From NCBI GenBank assembly GCA_965218695.1, contig OZ244651.1:288001-352000 (forward strand): DNA of 64,000 nt. The letters run 5' to 3'. This DNA is from Nitrosopumilus sp. Lineage in GTDB: Archaea > Thermoproteota > Nitrososphaeria > Nitrososphaerales > Nitrosopumilaceae. Both the position numbers and the translations under genes were made by a program. Shown in pieces: positions 20,021 to 29,577 of the stretch. The notes under the pieces are model-generated. The model was not told where the DNA came from. It ran no database searches and saw nothing but the letters and a program-made list of their open reading frames with translations. Within the stretch, counting starts at the first letter, position 1. Each line of letters begins with the position of its first letter.

Positions 20021-20179
20021 ATGGCTGCACGCAAGTCTTCTCCAAGAAAGATACGTCTTTTAAAAAAGACCAGGCAGACATCCCCTGTGCCAGCTTGGAT
20101 AATCCTCAAGACAAAAAGAGGTGTCAGAACAAACCCAAAACGCAGGGCTTGGAGATCAACTGATGTCGAGGTGGGATAG
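20021..20179 (+). CDS. rpl39e: 50S ribosomal protein L39e (52 aa; not in the ORF track)
   Basis: MAARKSSPRKIRL...VPAWIILKT...NPKRRAWR; directly upstream of L31e. Confidence 0.95.
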   Translation: MAARKSSPRKIRLLKKTRQTSPVPAWIILKTKRGVRTNPKRRAWRSTDVEVG

Positions 20180-20659
20180 ATGTCTGAAGAGTCAGAAAGA
20201 GTATACACAATTAACCTAGGCAAGGTACTGCTCTCACAGTCACAACACAGGGCTGTCAGGGCAATCAACATGATCAGGGAGTTTGCACGTCACCACATGA
20301 AAGTGCAGGAGATTAAAATCGAGGAGGAACTGGCCCAATTGATCTGGGCAAGGGGCGTTCGAAGACCACCAAGAAAGGTAAGGGTCAGAATGAATACGAC
20401 TGATGAAGGCTACATACTTGTCTCTGCATATGATGAGGAACTTGAAGCCAGGCTGTCTTCGGAAAAGCAGGATTCAGGGAAATCATCGAAGACTGCCAGC
20501 AAGCCATCTGCCACCACGGAGACTGCCAGCAAGCCATCTTCCATACCCGAACCTGTGGACGAGCCATCTGCCACCACGGAGACTGCCAGCGAGCCATCTG
20601 ATGCAACAAATCCTACCGATGAGTCCAAGGCTCAGAAAACATCTGATAAAAAGTCATAA
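20180..20659 (+). CDS. rpl31e: 50S ribosomal protein L31e with low-complexity C-terminal extension
   Basis: ERVYTINL, RAVRAI..IREF, IWARG..RPPRKVRV. Confidence 0.93.
   Translation: MSEESERVYTINLGKVLLSQSQHRAVRAINMIREFARHHMKVQEIKIEEELAQLIWARGVRRPPRKVRVRMNTTDEGYILVSAYDEELEARLSSEKQDSGKSSKTASKPSATTETASKPSSIPEPVDEPSATTETASEPSDATNPTDESKAQKTSDKKS
20491..20600 (+). repeat. 30-bp imperfect tandem repeat (~3.7 units) in the L31e tail
   Basis: gactgccagc(a/g)agccatctgccaccacgga units encoding TASKPSATTE. Confidence 0.85.
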
Positions 20660-20762
20660 CCCGCATCCCTACGCGTGACCAATCCTAGGGTGGTTTTGAC
20701 ACAACCGTCAGTGAAAAATTACTTGTGCTGTAAATATGGCAAAGACCTGTTGAGGTGAAAAC

Positions 20763-21713
20763 CTACTCCAGTTGATACAGATCCAGCTTGCAGTCTATGC
20801 TGCAATCCGGCATGTCCCAGTCAAGCGTATTCCCTTGTGGAATAACCCCCAGCGGATCATACTTGTCAAATTTTGTCATGCCCTGCACCGAGGACAGCAT
20901 GACTACTCTGGATTCATCAGTAGATGACATTACCTCTATTTGGGAGTCATCTTCGTTTACAATTCCGCCTGCTAGGCTCGTAATTGATTCCAACACGCCT
21001 ACTGGGATGTTCTCTCCTCCTACAACATACAACATGGAGCGTTTGACTGCGCTTGGTGACGTGTTTTCATAAAGCATCTTCAGCGAATCCTTGAGGGATT
21101 CCTCAATGTCCTGTCCGTGTCTGCCGGTCGTAAGGACGCTTGTCTCTGATGGCATCTCAGTGGATCCGAGTGATCTTACCACGTGTCTGATTGCCGAGTT
21201 TGCAATTTCATAGCATGACTTGGGGCTCAGATCCGGATTGCTTTCAAGCAAGGAATCGTTGTCAAGGACAATCGTACACTGGGAATTCTCCCTGATCCTC
21301 TTCAGGGACACCCCTGAATCAAAAATCCTGTCCTTTTCATACTTGAACGGCATGACTGCAAAAGAGATCAGTTCCTTGTCTGACTCTTTGCATATCTGGG
21401 ATACGACAGGTGCCATGGCAGCCCCCGCCTTTCCGGCCATGTTGCTCATCATAATGACTGTGGAATAGCCTGCAATTTTGGATCTTATCTGGTCTGTCAT
21501 CTTGTATGTCGATCCCCTGATCAGTCTGACAGACGGATTGATTACTGAATCTGTCGAAACATGAATGGACTGGCCGTCCCGGGTAAAGTCCCTGACATCG
21601 TTGCTGATGATCAGATAGTCTGAACCCAGCGTGTCTCCTGCATCCGTGGCTAGTTTTGATCCCGCTCCGCCTATTCCAATGACCAGAGTCGGTTTTCTCA
21701 TCTGCAGGCTCAT
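20763..21713 (-). CDS. ftsZ: FtsZ/tubulin-family GTPase, divergent thaumarchaeal type
   Basis: VIGIGGAG, AVMPFKYE, IVLDNDSLL; degenerate tubulin signature. Confidence 0.8.
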   Translation of the reverse strand: MSLQMRKPTLVIGIGGAGSKLATDAGDTLGSDYLIISNDVRDFTRDGQSIHVSTDSVINPSVRLIRGSTYKMTDQIRSKIAGYSTVIMMSNMAGKAGAAMAPVVSQICKESDKELISFAVMPFKYEKDRIFDSGVSLKRIRENSQCTIVLDNDSLLESNPDLSPKSCYEIANSAIRHVVRSLGSTEMPSETSVLTTGRHGQDIEESLKDSLKMLYENTSPSAVKRSMLYVVGGENIPVGVLESITSLAGGIVNEDDSQIEVMSSTDESRVVMLSSVQGMTKFDKYDPLGVIPQGNTLDWDMPDCSIDCKLDLYQLE

Positions 21714-21788
21714 CTGATTACTATTTGCAGGTTAGATAAAAAACCTTCTTACATTTTTTTGGTTAGATTTTGAATCTAAAAAATTTAG

Positions 21789-23054
21789 CTAAACGACTTT
21801 TCCTAGAAGGGATTTTGTGCCCGAGTCTGTGATCTCGACTGTGTGTGATTGGCCGATCTCCACTGCATCCCGGACAAATACGGGCTTGTATGCCATGTTT
21901 CTGCCCTTGACGCCATCGTCTGTCTTCTCATCAAACAGGACTCTCCCCTTCCAGCCTATCCACTCCCTGTTGTTCTCTGCTGATATCCTGCTGATCTGTT
22001 CGAATACTGCCTTGCTTCGTCGCTTCACCTCTGCAACATCCACCTGTTTCATCTCTGCTGCGTCCGTGCCGGGCCTTGCGCTGTATCTGGACAGGTTTAC
22101 AACATCCGGCCTGGTCTCCTCAAGCAGGCTAACTGTCATCTCAAAGTCCTCTTCAGTCTCCGATGGGAATCCCACGATGATGTCTGTGGATATGGTCATT
22201 CTCCTAAATCTCTCCCTTGCCTCCTTTGCCACCCTCCTGAACGTCTCGGCAGTATGGCCCCTCTTCATGTCGTGGAGTACCCTGTCGCTCCCGCTCTGTA
22301 CTGGGATGTGAAGAAACTTGAAGACCCTCTCGCTGTCAAATGACTCCATCAGCCTCCTCCTGATTCTTGGCATGTACGTGGGGTTCATCATGCCGACCCT
22401 TATCATGAATTCCTTGGGAATTGAAGACACTGCATTTACGAGTTCCGGAAGATCCGTCCCGATGTCCAATCCGTAGCATCCGTTGTCAGTAGATGTAAGC
22501 CATATCTCCCTGCATCCGTCATTAATCTCGGCCTTCACCTGTCTTACGATGTCGCCTGTCCTGTAGCTGGAGAGGCCGCCCTTTGCCAGCTTGGTCTGGC
22601 AGAACGTGCATTCGCTCATGCACCCGCTGGCAATCTCTACAATTCCTACCGTCTGGTTCAATCTGACCTTTGGAAGTCCTACCTTTGAGACATCCGTATC
22701 CTCAAGGGCGATCTGCTGTCTCCCTTCAAGTGTCGACTCCACCACCTGCAGCGTCCTGCCGAGGGAGTTTGGTCCAAGCATGCTTGCATTTTCTGCAAAC
22801 CTGCTGACAGTGTCCACCTCCGCCTTTGGAAGGCATCCTGCCACAATCAGCGGTCTTGATTCCAGTGACTTTATCCTGTGAATCATCTTGTTTGCCGTGG
22901 CATCCTTGACAGAACATGTGACTATGACGTTCAGATCCGACTCTGAGGTATTGTCAACTAGTGTGTGGCCGCCGTTCTGGATCAGCCCTGAGATCATCTC
23001 CGAGTCTGCAAAGCTTGCAGAACATCCATACGCCTCTACAAAGATTCTTGCCAT
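21789..23054 (-). CDS. mtaB: tRNA t6A37 methylthiotransferase (archaeal MtaB/e-MtaB), radical SAM + TRAM
   Basis: YGCS..DSE, CMSECTFC, HIPVQSGSD, TDIIVGFP. Confidence 0.88.
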   Translation of the reverse strand: MARIFVEAYGCSASFADSEMISGLIQNGGHTLVDNTSESDLNVIVTCSVKDATANKMIHRIKSLESRPLIVAGCLPKAEVDTVSRFAENASMLGPNSLGRTLQVVESTLEGRQQIALEDTDVSKVGLPKVRLNQTVGIVEIASGCMSECTFCQTKLAKGGLSSYRTGDIVRQVKAEINDGCREIWLTSTDNGCYGLDIGTDLPELVNAVSSIPKEFMIRVGMMNPTYMPRIRRRLMESFDSERVFKFLHIPVQSGSDRVLHDMKRGHTAETFRRVAKEARERFRRMTISTDIIVGFPSETEEDFEMTVSLLEETRPDVVNLSRYSARPGTDAAEMKQVDVAEVKRRSKAVFEQISRISAENNREWIGWKGRVLFDEKTDDGVKGRNMAYKPVFVRDAVEIGQSHTVEITDSGTKSLLGKVV

Positions 23055-23057
23055 TTC

Positions 23058-24419
23058 CTATCCGAACAGGGCGTCTACTTCCTTGTTAGTCATCAGTTTC
23101 TTTGAGACTACCAGCTCCCTGATTGTTTTTCCTGTCTTTAGCGATTCCTTGAAGAGTTCTGCGGATCTCAGATAGCCGATCCTTGGCGTCAGCAATGTCA
23201 CAATCACGGGACTCTTTTCAATGCCTGCACGGAGGCTGTCACTGTTTGCCTCAAGTCCGTCTATCAGATTGGCCGAGAATATCGGCAGAAAGTTCTTGAT
23301 CATGTCTGTTGATTCAAGCATACACTTGAGCATTCCTGGCAGCATTACATTGAGTTCGAACTGGCCGCTTTGCGCAGCACACGCGACTGCCGTGTCGTTT
23401 CCAATCATGTTAAAACAGATCATGTTCATGCATTCTGCAAGGGAGGGATTTACCTTGCCTGGCATGATCGACGAGCCTGCATGCACTGCAGGTATTCCAA
23501 TCTCGGCTAGTCCTGCAACAGGGCCTGAAGCCATTAGCCTGATGTCATTTGCAAGCTTGCCTATCTCCAGTGCCAGGTTTCTTAATGCCGCTGATGTGTT
23601 TGCCACTGCAAACCTGCTCTGCAGGCCGTGTTGCATGTCTCTTTCAGGCTTCAGGGGAATTCCGGAGATCCTTGCAAGTTCCCTGATTGCTATTCTTCTG
23701 TATCCCTTTGGCGTATTTGCGCCGGAGCCTACGGCGGTTCCTCCCAGGGGAATCTTCTGCAGCTCCTTTTGTGATGATACGATCTGATCTCTTGCCTTGG
23801 TAATTGACGTGGCCATTGCGGCAAACTCGCTGCCCAGCGTGACTGGCAGCGCATCCATGAGATGGGTCCTGCCAATCTTCTTGAATCCGGAAAAATATGC
23901 TGCCTTCTCTGAGAGTGATTTTATCAGTATGTCCACTGCAGGAACCGCCTCCTCTAGGTTCATCAGGATTGAGACGTGCATTGCAGCGGGGTATGTGTCG
24001 TTGCTTGACTGTGACATGTTTACGTGATCGTTTGGATGCAGAAACTCGTACTGCCCCTTCTTTTTGTGCAGTATCTCAAGCGCCACGTTTGCTATTACCT
24101 CGTTGGTATTCATGTTGAATGCCGTGCCTGCACCGGAGTTTATCATATCCACTACAAACTGATCAACATGTTTTCCTGCCAAGATTCTGTCACATGCTGA
24201 GATTATTGCTCCTCCGCGCTCTGCATCGATTGTCTTTGTCTCCATGTTTGCAACCGCAGCTGATCGTTTGATCATCACAAATGCCCTGATCAGGTTCCCA
24301 TGGGCCGTGTTGCCTGTGACGTGGTACTGCTGGATCGCCCTGCCGGTGAATGCCCCATAGTACGCCTTGGCCGGAATCTTGATCTTTCCAAGAGAGTCCT
24401 GATCCAGCCTAAACTTCAT
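23058..24419 (-). CDS. Class II fumarate hydratase / aspartate ammonia-lyase
   Basis: GSSIMPGKVNP, HVNMSQSSND, KIGRTHLMDA. Confidence 0.9.
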   Translation of the reverse strand: MKFRLDQDSLGKIKIPAKAYYGAFTGRAIQQYHVTGNTAHGNLIRAFVMIKRSAAVANMETKTIDAERGGAIISACDRILAGKHVDQFVVDMINSGAGTAFNMNTNEVIANVALEILHKKKGQYEFLHPNDHVNMSQSSNDTYPAAMHVSILMNLEEAVPAVDILIKSLSEKAAYFSGFKKIGRTHLMDALPVTLGSEFAAMATSITKARDQIVSSQKELQKIPLGGTAVGSGANTPKGYRRIAIRELARISGIPLKPERDMQHGLQSRFAVANTSAALRNLALEIGKLANDIRLMASGPVAGLAEIGIPAVHAGSSIMPGKVNPSLAECMNMICFNMIGNDTAVACAAQSGQFELNVMLPGMLKCMLESTDMIKNFLPIFSANLIDGLEANSDSLRAGIEKSPVIVTLLTPRIGYLRSAELFKESLKTGKTIRELVVSKKLMTNKEVDALFG

Positions 24420-24598
24420 GTTAATTCTCTATGATCGTGACCTATTATTCATTCCTATTTTTAAATTGCAATCCGGCACGCATCCTAACAAACCCAATCC
24501 GGCAGTCGTGTTGGCACTGGCATTCATGACCATGACTAGTCGATGTTTGTTCAATGCAGAAGGATGCATGTCCGTGCACCGATTCTGCATAAGGGTAT

Positions 24599-25890
24599 CA
24601 GTCTTCCCAGAAGTACCTGAAAACAGCCCAAAATCAAAACAGATCAATTAGGGCAATCTCAGAAGGTCATCGAACTACCAATGAACCAACTGAGACGCGA
24701 CTTGCTTAACAACCCACGCATATATCAAGATGTTCTGGACACGGTAGGGGCAGGCATGTCCCCGTGCATCATGGTCTCACACAGGCACAATGCCATCTAC
24801 GGCACCGAGGATTTTCACAGAAGCATGGCAGGCGCATGTGCGCACGGCAGGCAGGTGGCCGGATGCACCAGGTCCTCCAAGAGAATCGGCGGTGCAGACG
24901 GGGACTCACGCCCAAGTGATGAGTGGATGCGCGATGCGGCATCCCGGACGCGTGGCAGCGACGTCTACAAATGCTTTGCCAAGACAGTCGTCCTGCAGCT
25001 TGACCAGATGCGCAAGATGAGACTGCTCAAGAAAGACCAGGAGATTGACTTGGCAATCGACATGCACCTGATACCCAGATACGACAAGAGCTACGGGGCA
25101 GAACTGGTGCGCTCAAAGGCCAAGGACGGGACACACGTCTTTGAGAGGTACATCACGATACAGTCCACGGTTCAGAACCTTCGCCTCGTGTTAGGCGTCC
25201 TGAACATGCCGTCACTTGAGGATACTGCCGATTTCGTGCGTAAAATCATCGGCTCTGCACGGGACGTGGGGGCCTGCATCGGAATGGCGATGCTGGACAG
25301 GGAGTTCTTTACGGCAGACGTAATGGGGACGCTTGGGGACATGGGCATCAAATATCTGATACCATGCAAGAATACGGATACTGTGGTGGATGCCATCGCA
25401 GAGTTTGCTACAGGCAGGCGCGGCCGCGTCTCCAAATCCGTCATCGTCGGGGGAGATGGCAGGGAGGTGTCGTATACGATGACCATCACAGAAAGGAAGA
25501 AGAGGAAGAAAAGAAAGGACGACGACGAGCTGCTGCCGCACGAGAAATACATCGGGTTTGCCACCAACGTCCCCGACGTGGATCCGGACTCGTACGGGAA
25601 CAGGTGGGGCATAGAGACTGGATACCGGATGATAGAAAACACAAGGGCCAAGACGCACAGCAAGAACCCGATGGCGCGACTTTTGTGCTTTGTGTACTCT
25701 GTAGCCGTCTTTAACGCTTGGGTAATGGCAAACGCAACGCTGATGCACGTTACCGGGATTTATCCCACGGATCCCCCGATCACCCAACAGGATCTCAGGG
25801 ACATGCTGCTGTTGCTGATCGTATTTGGCTACAAAGAGCCGCCGGAGCCCCCGCCGCCGGTGCTACCCTGAGCTACTTCTGGGAAGACTG
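24599..25890 (+). mobile_element. ISH3-family element, 1292 bp
   Basis: Perfect 17-bp TIR CAGTCTTCCCAGAAGTA; 5-bp TSD GGTAT at 24594-24598 and 25891-25895. Confidence 0.93.
24681..25871 (+). CDS. ISH3/IS4-type DDE transposase
   Basis: AIDMHLIPRY, MLDREFF, YGNRWGIETGYR. Confidence 0.9.
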   Translation: MNQLRRDLLNNPRIYQDVLDTVGAGMSPCIMVSHRHNAIYGTEDFHRSMAGACAHGRQVAGCTRSSKRIGGADGDSRPSDEWMRDAASRTRGSDVYKCFAKTVVLQLDQMRKMRLLKKDQEIDLAIDMHLIPRYDKSYGAELVRSKAKDGTHVFERYITIQSTVQNLRLVLGVLNMPSLEDTADFVRKIIGSARDVGACIGMAMLDREFFTADVMGTLGDMGIKYLIPCKNTDTVVDAIAEFATGRRGRVSKSVIVGGDGREVSYTMTITERKKRKKRKDDDELLPHEKYIGFATNVPDVDPDSYGNRWGIETGYRMIENTRAKTHSKNPMARLLCFVYSVAVFNAWVMANATLMHVTGIYPTDPPITQQDLRDMLLLLIVFGYKEPPEPPPPVLP

Positions 25891-26249
25891 GGTATATACT
25901 CAGGTCCCGCCTAGTCCTAGGCACGGATTTGTAAGCAGTTTCTCATTTCCACGCCTATGCCGGTGGTGGACCTGAGCATATACGCATAAGGTCTATTGCA
26001 GTTAACGCAGAAGTAAGGCTTGCAGAATCCATGGCAGCCAGTAATCATGACCTTGAATGACTCTGCTGGTGTTCCTGCACGGTATCGTACGCAATCTGAA
26101 TGTCCAAATTACATACGTTCACTGCAGCATCTGCAGGATGGGAAAGACATCCTTCTCAGGGACAGATATCAGACGGTCCGACAGAATCTGTCCGGAAGAC
26201 AGAACCGTTACGGTACGCGAGGACGCGGCAGGATTAATCCTGTTGGTTT

Positions 26250-27506
26250 CTAAAAAACCTGCACGGCCCCCGGATGATCATTGTGGTGTCCCGTCACGCA
26301 GCTACGGCGCACATCAGGCGGCGGCTTTTGCCTGACCAGGTACCACGGAATGTTGTTTATCAGCCTGACCACCAGCACGTCGGTTTGCGTGACTGCCTGG
26401 TATACACGATCAGATTTCTGCAAATCCGAGGTCAGCCTGGCATTTGCGATTACCCACGTGTTGTACAGGATCAGGGTGTACAGGAAGCAAAGCGCCCGGA
26501 CCGTCTCGTTCTTGCTGCGGGTTCTCGCCCTTTGCTTTTCTGCCATCCTGTAGCCTGTCTCTATCATCCACCTCCGGGCATAATAATCGACGTTGATCCC
26601 CGGCATGTTCGTGGCAAAGGCAATGTATTTCTCCTCCGGCTTTTCGGGACTGCCCGTCTTTTTCTTTCTTTTGCGTTTTGTTATGATCATGGTGTACTCG
26701 GCATGATCATGTTTGGATTTTGCTATGCGAAATCCCGATACTGCAAGGCGTCTCCCGCATGCAAACTCTTCGATGGCGCGCGTCACATTGGGAGTGTTGA
26801 TGCAGGGCATGAGATACCTTATGCCCATTCCGTCAAGGGTCCGGATCACGTCTGTTGAAAAGAACTCGCGATCAAGCATGGCGATGCCTATTCTGACCTT
26901 CTTTTCCAGGCACGAGTCGACGGCCTTGCGCACGAAATCGGCAGTATCAGTCAGGGCAGGCATGGGAAACGCCCCCAGGGTCAGCTGGATCCTCCGGGTC
27001 ACGCACTGTACCGTAATGTATCGCTCAAAGAGATGCGTTCCCCTTTTGGCCTTTGATCTTACGAGCTCTGCGCCGTGTTTGTGGTCCCAGCGCGGTATCA
27101 GGTGCATGTCAATGGCAACATTCATCCTCCTGTGGCCAAGCATGCCCAGATCCTCAAGCTGGCTTACCTGTGAGGATACCATTTCATTAAATGACTGCAT
27201 CAGGCTTTTCGAATCAATCCGGGAGCAAATGTCGCGCATCCACTCGCTGCACGGGGAGCGCCTGTGGGATCTGCCCAGTCCCCGCACGGCAGTCACCATC
27301 CTGCGCACGGCCGCAGCGTACCCCCCGATCGATATCCCGAGCACGGCTGCCATTACCATGATTCTGTGAAAATCATCCGTCCCGTACGCTGCGTTGGGCC
27401 TTTTGGAGACTGGAAGGCTTGAATCAAACACGCGGGCCGCATCAGACGTCGTATCTTGGCGAACCCGGGGGTTGTTTTGCAGGGAGCGCTGCAGGTGGCC
27501 TGCCAT
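26250..27506 (-). CDS. ISH3/IS4-type DDE transposase
   Basis: AIDMHLIPRW, MLDREFFS, YARRWMIETGYR; start placed at MAGHLQ by comparison with the 24681 paralog. Confidence 0.88.
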   Translation of the reverse strand: MAGHLQRSLQNNPRVRQDTTSDAARVFDSSLPVSKRPNAAYGTDDFHRIMVMAAVLGISIGGYAAAVRRMVTAVRGLGRSHRRSPCSEWMRDICSRIDSKSLMQSFNEMVSSQVSQLEDLGMLGHRRMNVAIDMHLIPRWDHKHGAELVRSKAKRGTHLFERYITVQCVTRRIQLTLGAFPMPALTDTADFVRKAVDSCLEKKVRIGIAMLDREFFSTDVIRTLDGMGIRYLMPCINTPNVTRAIEEFACGRRLAVSGFRIAKSKHDHAEYTMIITKRKRKKKTGSPEKPEEKYIAFATNMPGINVDYYARRWMIETGYRMAEKQRARTRSKNETVRALCFLYTLILYNTWVIANARLTSDLQKSDRVYQAVTQTDVLVVRLINNIPWYLVRQKPPPDVRRSCVTGHHNDHPGAVQVF

Positions 27507-27624
27507 GTCAGTCACTACAGATACCACCCGGCAGGCACCGTGAAATGCCAATGTGCGTTCAAATGCTTAAATTCGTAACTGTGTAGTTTTTTGATCAAAT
27601 GCTGAATTCCATGTCTCCAAGAAA

Positions 27625-29172
27625 CTATGTATTTTTTTGACATAGGACCAGACCCTCGCGCAGGACCGTGCCAAGATCATCTCCCCTTGCCTTGCATGTC
27701 TGCTTGATGCTCATCAGCGTGGCAATGGCGTCTGCGCCCTTCTTTGACCTGAGATGTGATTCGTAATTAGCACGCAGGCACATTAGAGCACGATCTTTGG
27801 CATAATCATACGAAAGTTGCATACTTTGGAGCACACATCTGTAAGATTATGGGCATCGAAGGCCCGATTCTTAATTGCGGATCATGTCTCTGCTCCCGTT
27901 GCTGTTCTTGCGCAGGATGACGCACGGCCTGATGGCCCGCTCTGCCCGGTTGTTGTGGTATTCGACGCCGTCTGTCTCCAGAAACGCAAACAGGTGGCCT
28001 TTTTCCCGCACCAGCCTCTTGCGCATCCTGTTGCAGTGCTTGCAGTCGCGGTCCTTTTCGAGCCTGCCGATAAGTGACGCGATGCGACGATCCAGCCTCT
28101 TCTTTGCGGCAAGCGCGTCTGCCCCTCCCGGAACGGCGCCGTCGACGTGCGAGTCCCGCAGTATCGCGCGCAGCGTCCTTGCGTGCCGACGGTAGTCCTG
28201 GCCGGGATTTTTGTATCTCAGGGTGTCCTTGATGTCCCGGGCGTAATGAAGGTGGCACTTTTGGTGTTCGGATCCGATGACGTTCCACGCGGCCCACGAG
28301 TCAGACGTGACGCATCCCGGGTAGTCCTTGCCGAGCATCTTTTTTGGAACCTTCGAGTTCCTGTGGCGGTGCACCTCGTAGATTACGGCGTACCTTGTTA
28401 CCACCGCCCACAGCCAGTAGTTCGTGCCGTCGACGCGCCAGACGGACTCGTCCCCGTTTATCGCAGGCGAGTTTCTTACCTCCTCCTTGATCTTCTCGTA
28501 CAGCGGCCCGAGCTCCCGGGCCATCCTGCACACCATACGGTTTATCGCAGATTCCGTGATTCTTGCCGAGTACATCATCATGACAATATTGCATATTCTG
28601 AGGTCTGACATGCCGTGCAGCCTGAGGATGACCATCATTATCATAAAGTTGATCCCGTACCTGGAGTTTGGCAGTGCCAGCGGAGTCCTGCCGGACACGG
28701 TCTTCTTGCAGTTCCTGCAACGTCTTCTCTTTACTGTCACCTTGATGTGCTTTAGTTCCGTCTTGGCAGCCTCCCTTACCACCTTTGTGTACGTGGATAC
28801 GCACTCGGAGAGGTCGGAGCTGCCGCAGTTGTCGCACGTGTGGGGATCTGCTGTCTCCTCTGCGTCTATTCTTTCAGGACGCGCAAGGCCCGTGCGCCTG
28901 TGGACGCTTGGCTTGCCCTTGGCCTTTGTGCGGCGTCTGGCACTGCCCGTCTTTTTGTCAGGTTTTGCGCCGATGCTCCTTGCAACGGCAGCCGATATGG
29001 TGCCCCTTGCTTCCTGCAACTCTGCCGTGAGGTCCTGGATCTGCCTGAGGGCGGCAGCGTAAAGATCAGTGAGTTTGGCTATCTGCTGGTCCTTTTTGGC
29101 CAGCTGCCCTGCCATCATCTCCACTTTTTCCTCCAGTTCTGCAATCCTTGACTCGGAATTATCATCAGACAT
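27625..29172 (-). pseudogene. IS66 transposase interrupted near its 3' end by a MITE
   Basis: GDESVW, SDSW, QKCHLH, HNNRAERAIR; removing the MITE restores ...RKNSNGSR-SKKGADAIAT... Confidence 0.9.
27752..27889. mobile_element. 138-bp MITE of the AGACATAATCCGTAAT (IS5-type) family
   Basis: Degenerate TIRs AGATGTGATTCGTAATTA / TAATTGCGGATCATGTCT; 3-bp TSD CTG at 27749-27751 and 27890-27892. Confidence 0.88.
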
Positions 29173-29577
29173 AATGCAAACCGTGGGAACTGATGATCTA
29201 AAAATTGGAATGGAGAGAAAAACTCGATCAAGTGATTAAAAATAGTTTCAAAAAAACTACACAGACGTTTGTAGGCATGGAATTCAACATTTGATCAAAA
29301 AACTACACAGTTACTTAAATTCCAATTCCGCAAAGGTATGCTGATGCGTGAGTCTGTCCATGCTGGTACATTGACAGATTTTCACCATCAATTCTTTTAA
29401 GCAGCAGACTCCCCGTATGTTGACAACTGCCTAAGCCTTGTCTGGGTGAGTTTATTTTCATATTTGCTGTAACGTGCCGCAAGACACTCCCAGATCATTG
29501 TATCTTAGTCAGGTCTTACTTCTGCGTTAACTGGAATCACAGAAATGTTTTTTAAATGATCACTGATACCTGTGTCT

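Larger units (their letters stand above)
24595..25983. mobile_element. 92-bp IS66-type MITE (intact part 25892-25983) whose left end was hit by an ISH3 insertion
   Basis: TIR GTATATACTCAGGTCC / GGACCTGAGCATATAC (15/16); 8-bp TSD GCATAAGG at 24587-24594 and 25984-25991. Confidence 0.82.
27575..29314 (-). mobile_element. IS66-family element (second species), 1740 bp, nested in ISH3
   Basis: ~42-bp TIR GTAACTGTGTAGTTTTTTGATCAAATG(C/T)TGAATTCCATG; 8-bp TSD TTAAATTC at 27567-27574 and 29315-29322. Confidence 0.95.
25999..29533 (-). mobile_element. ISH3-family element (~1787 bp without the nested IS66)
   Basis: Perfect 19-bp TIR CAGTTAACGCAGAAGTAAG at 25999-26017 and 29515-29533; no matching TSD. 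Confidence 0.85.

Noticed and set aside
20686-20765. Imperfect inverted repeat GGTTTT..CAAC / GTTG..AAAACC between rpl31e and ftsZ
   Set aside because: Too degenerate and no convincing TSD to call a MITE
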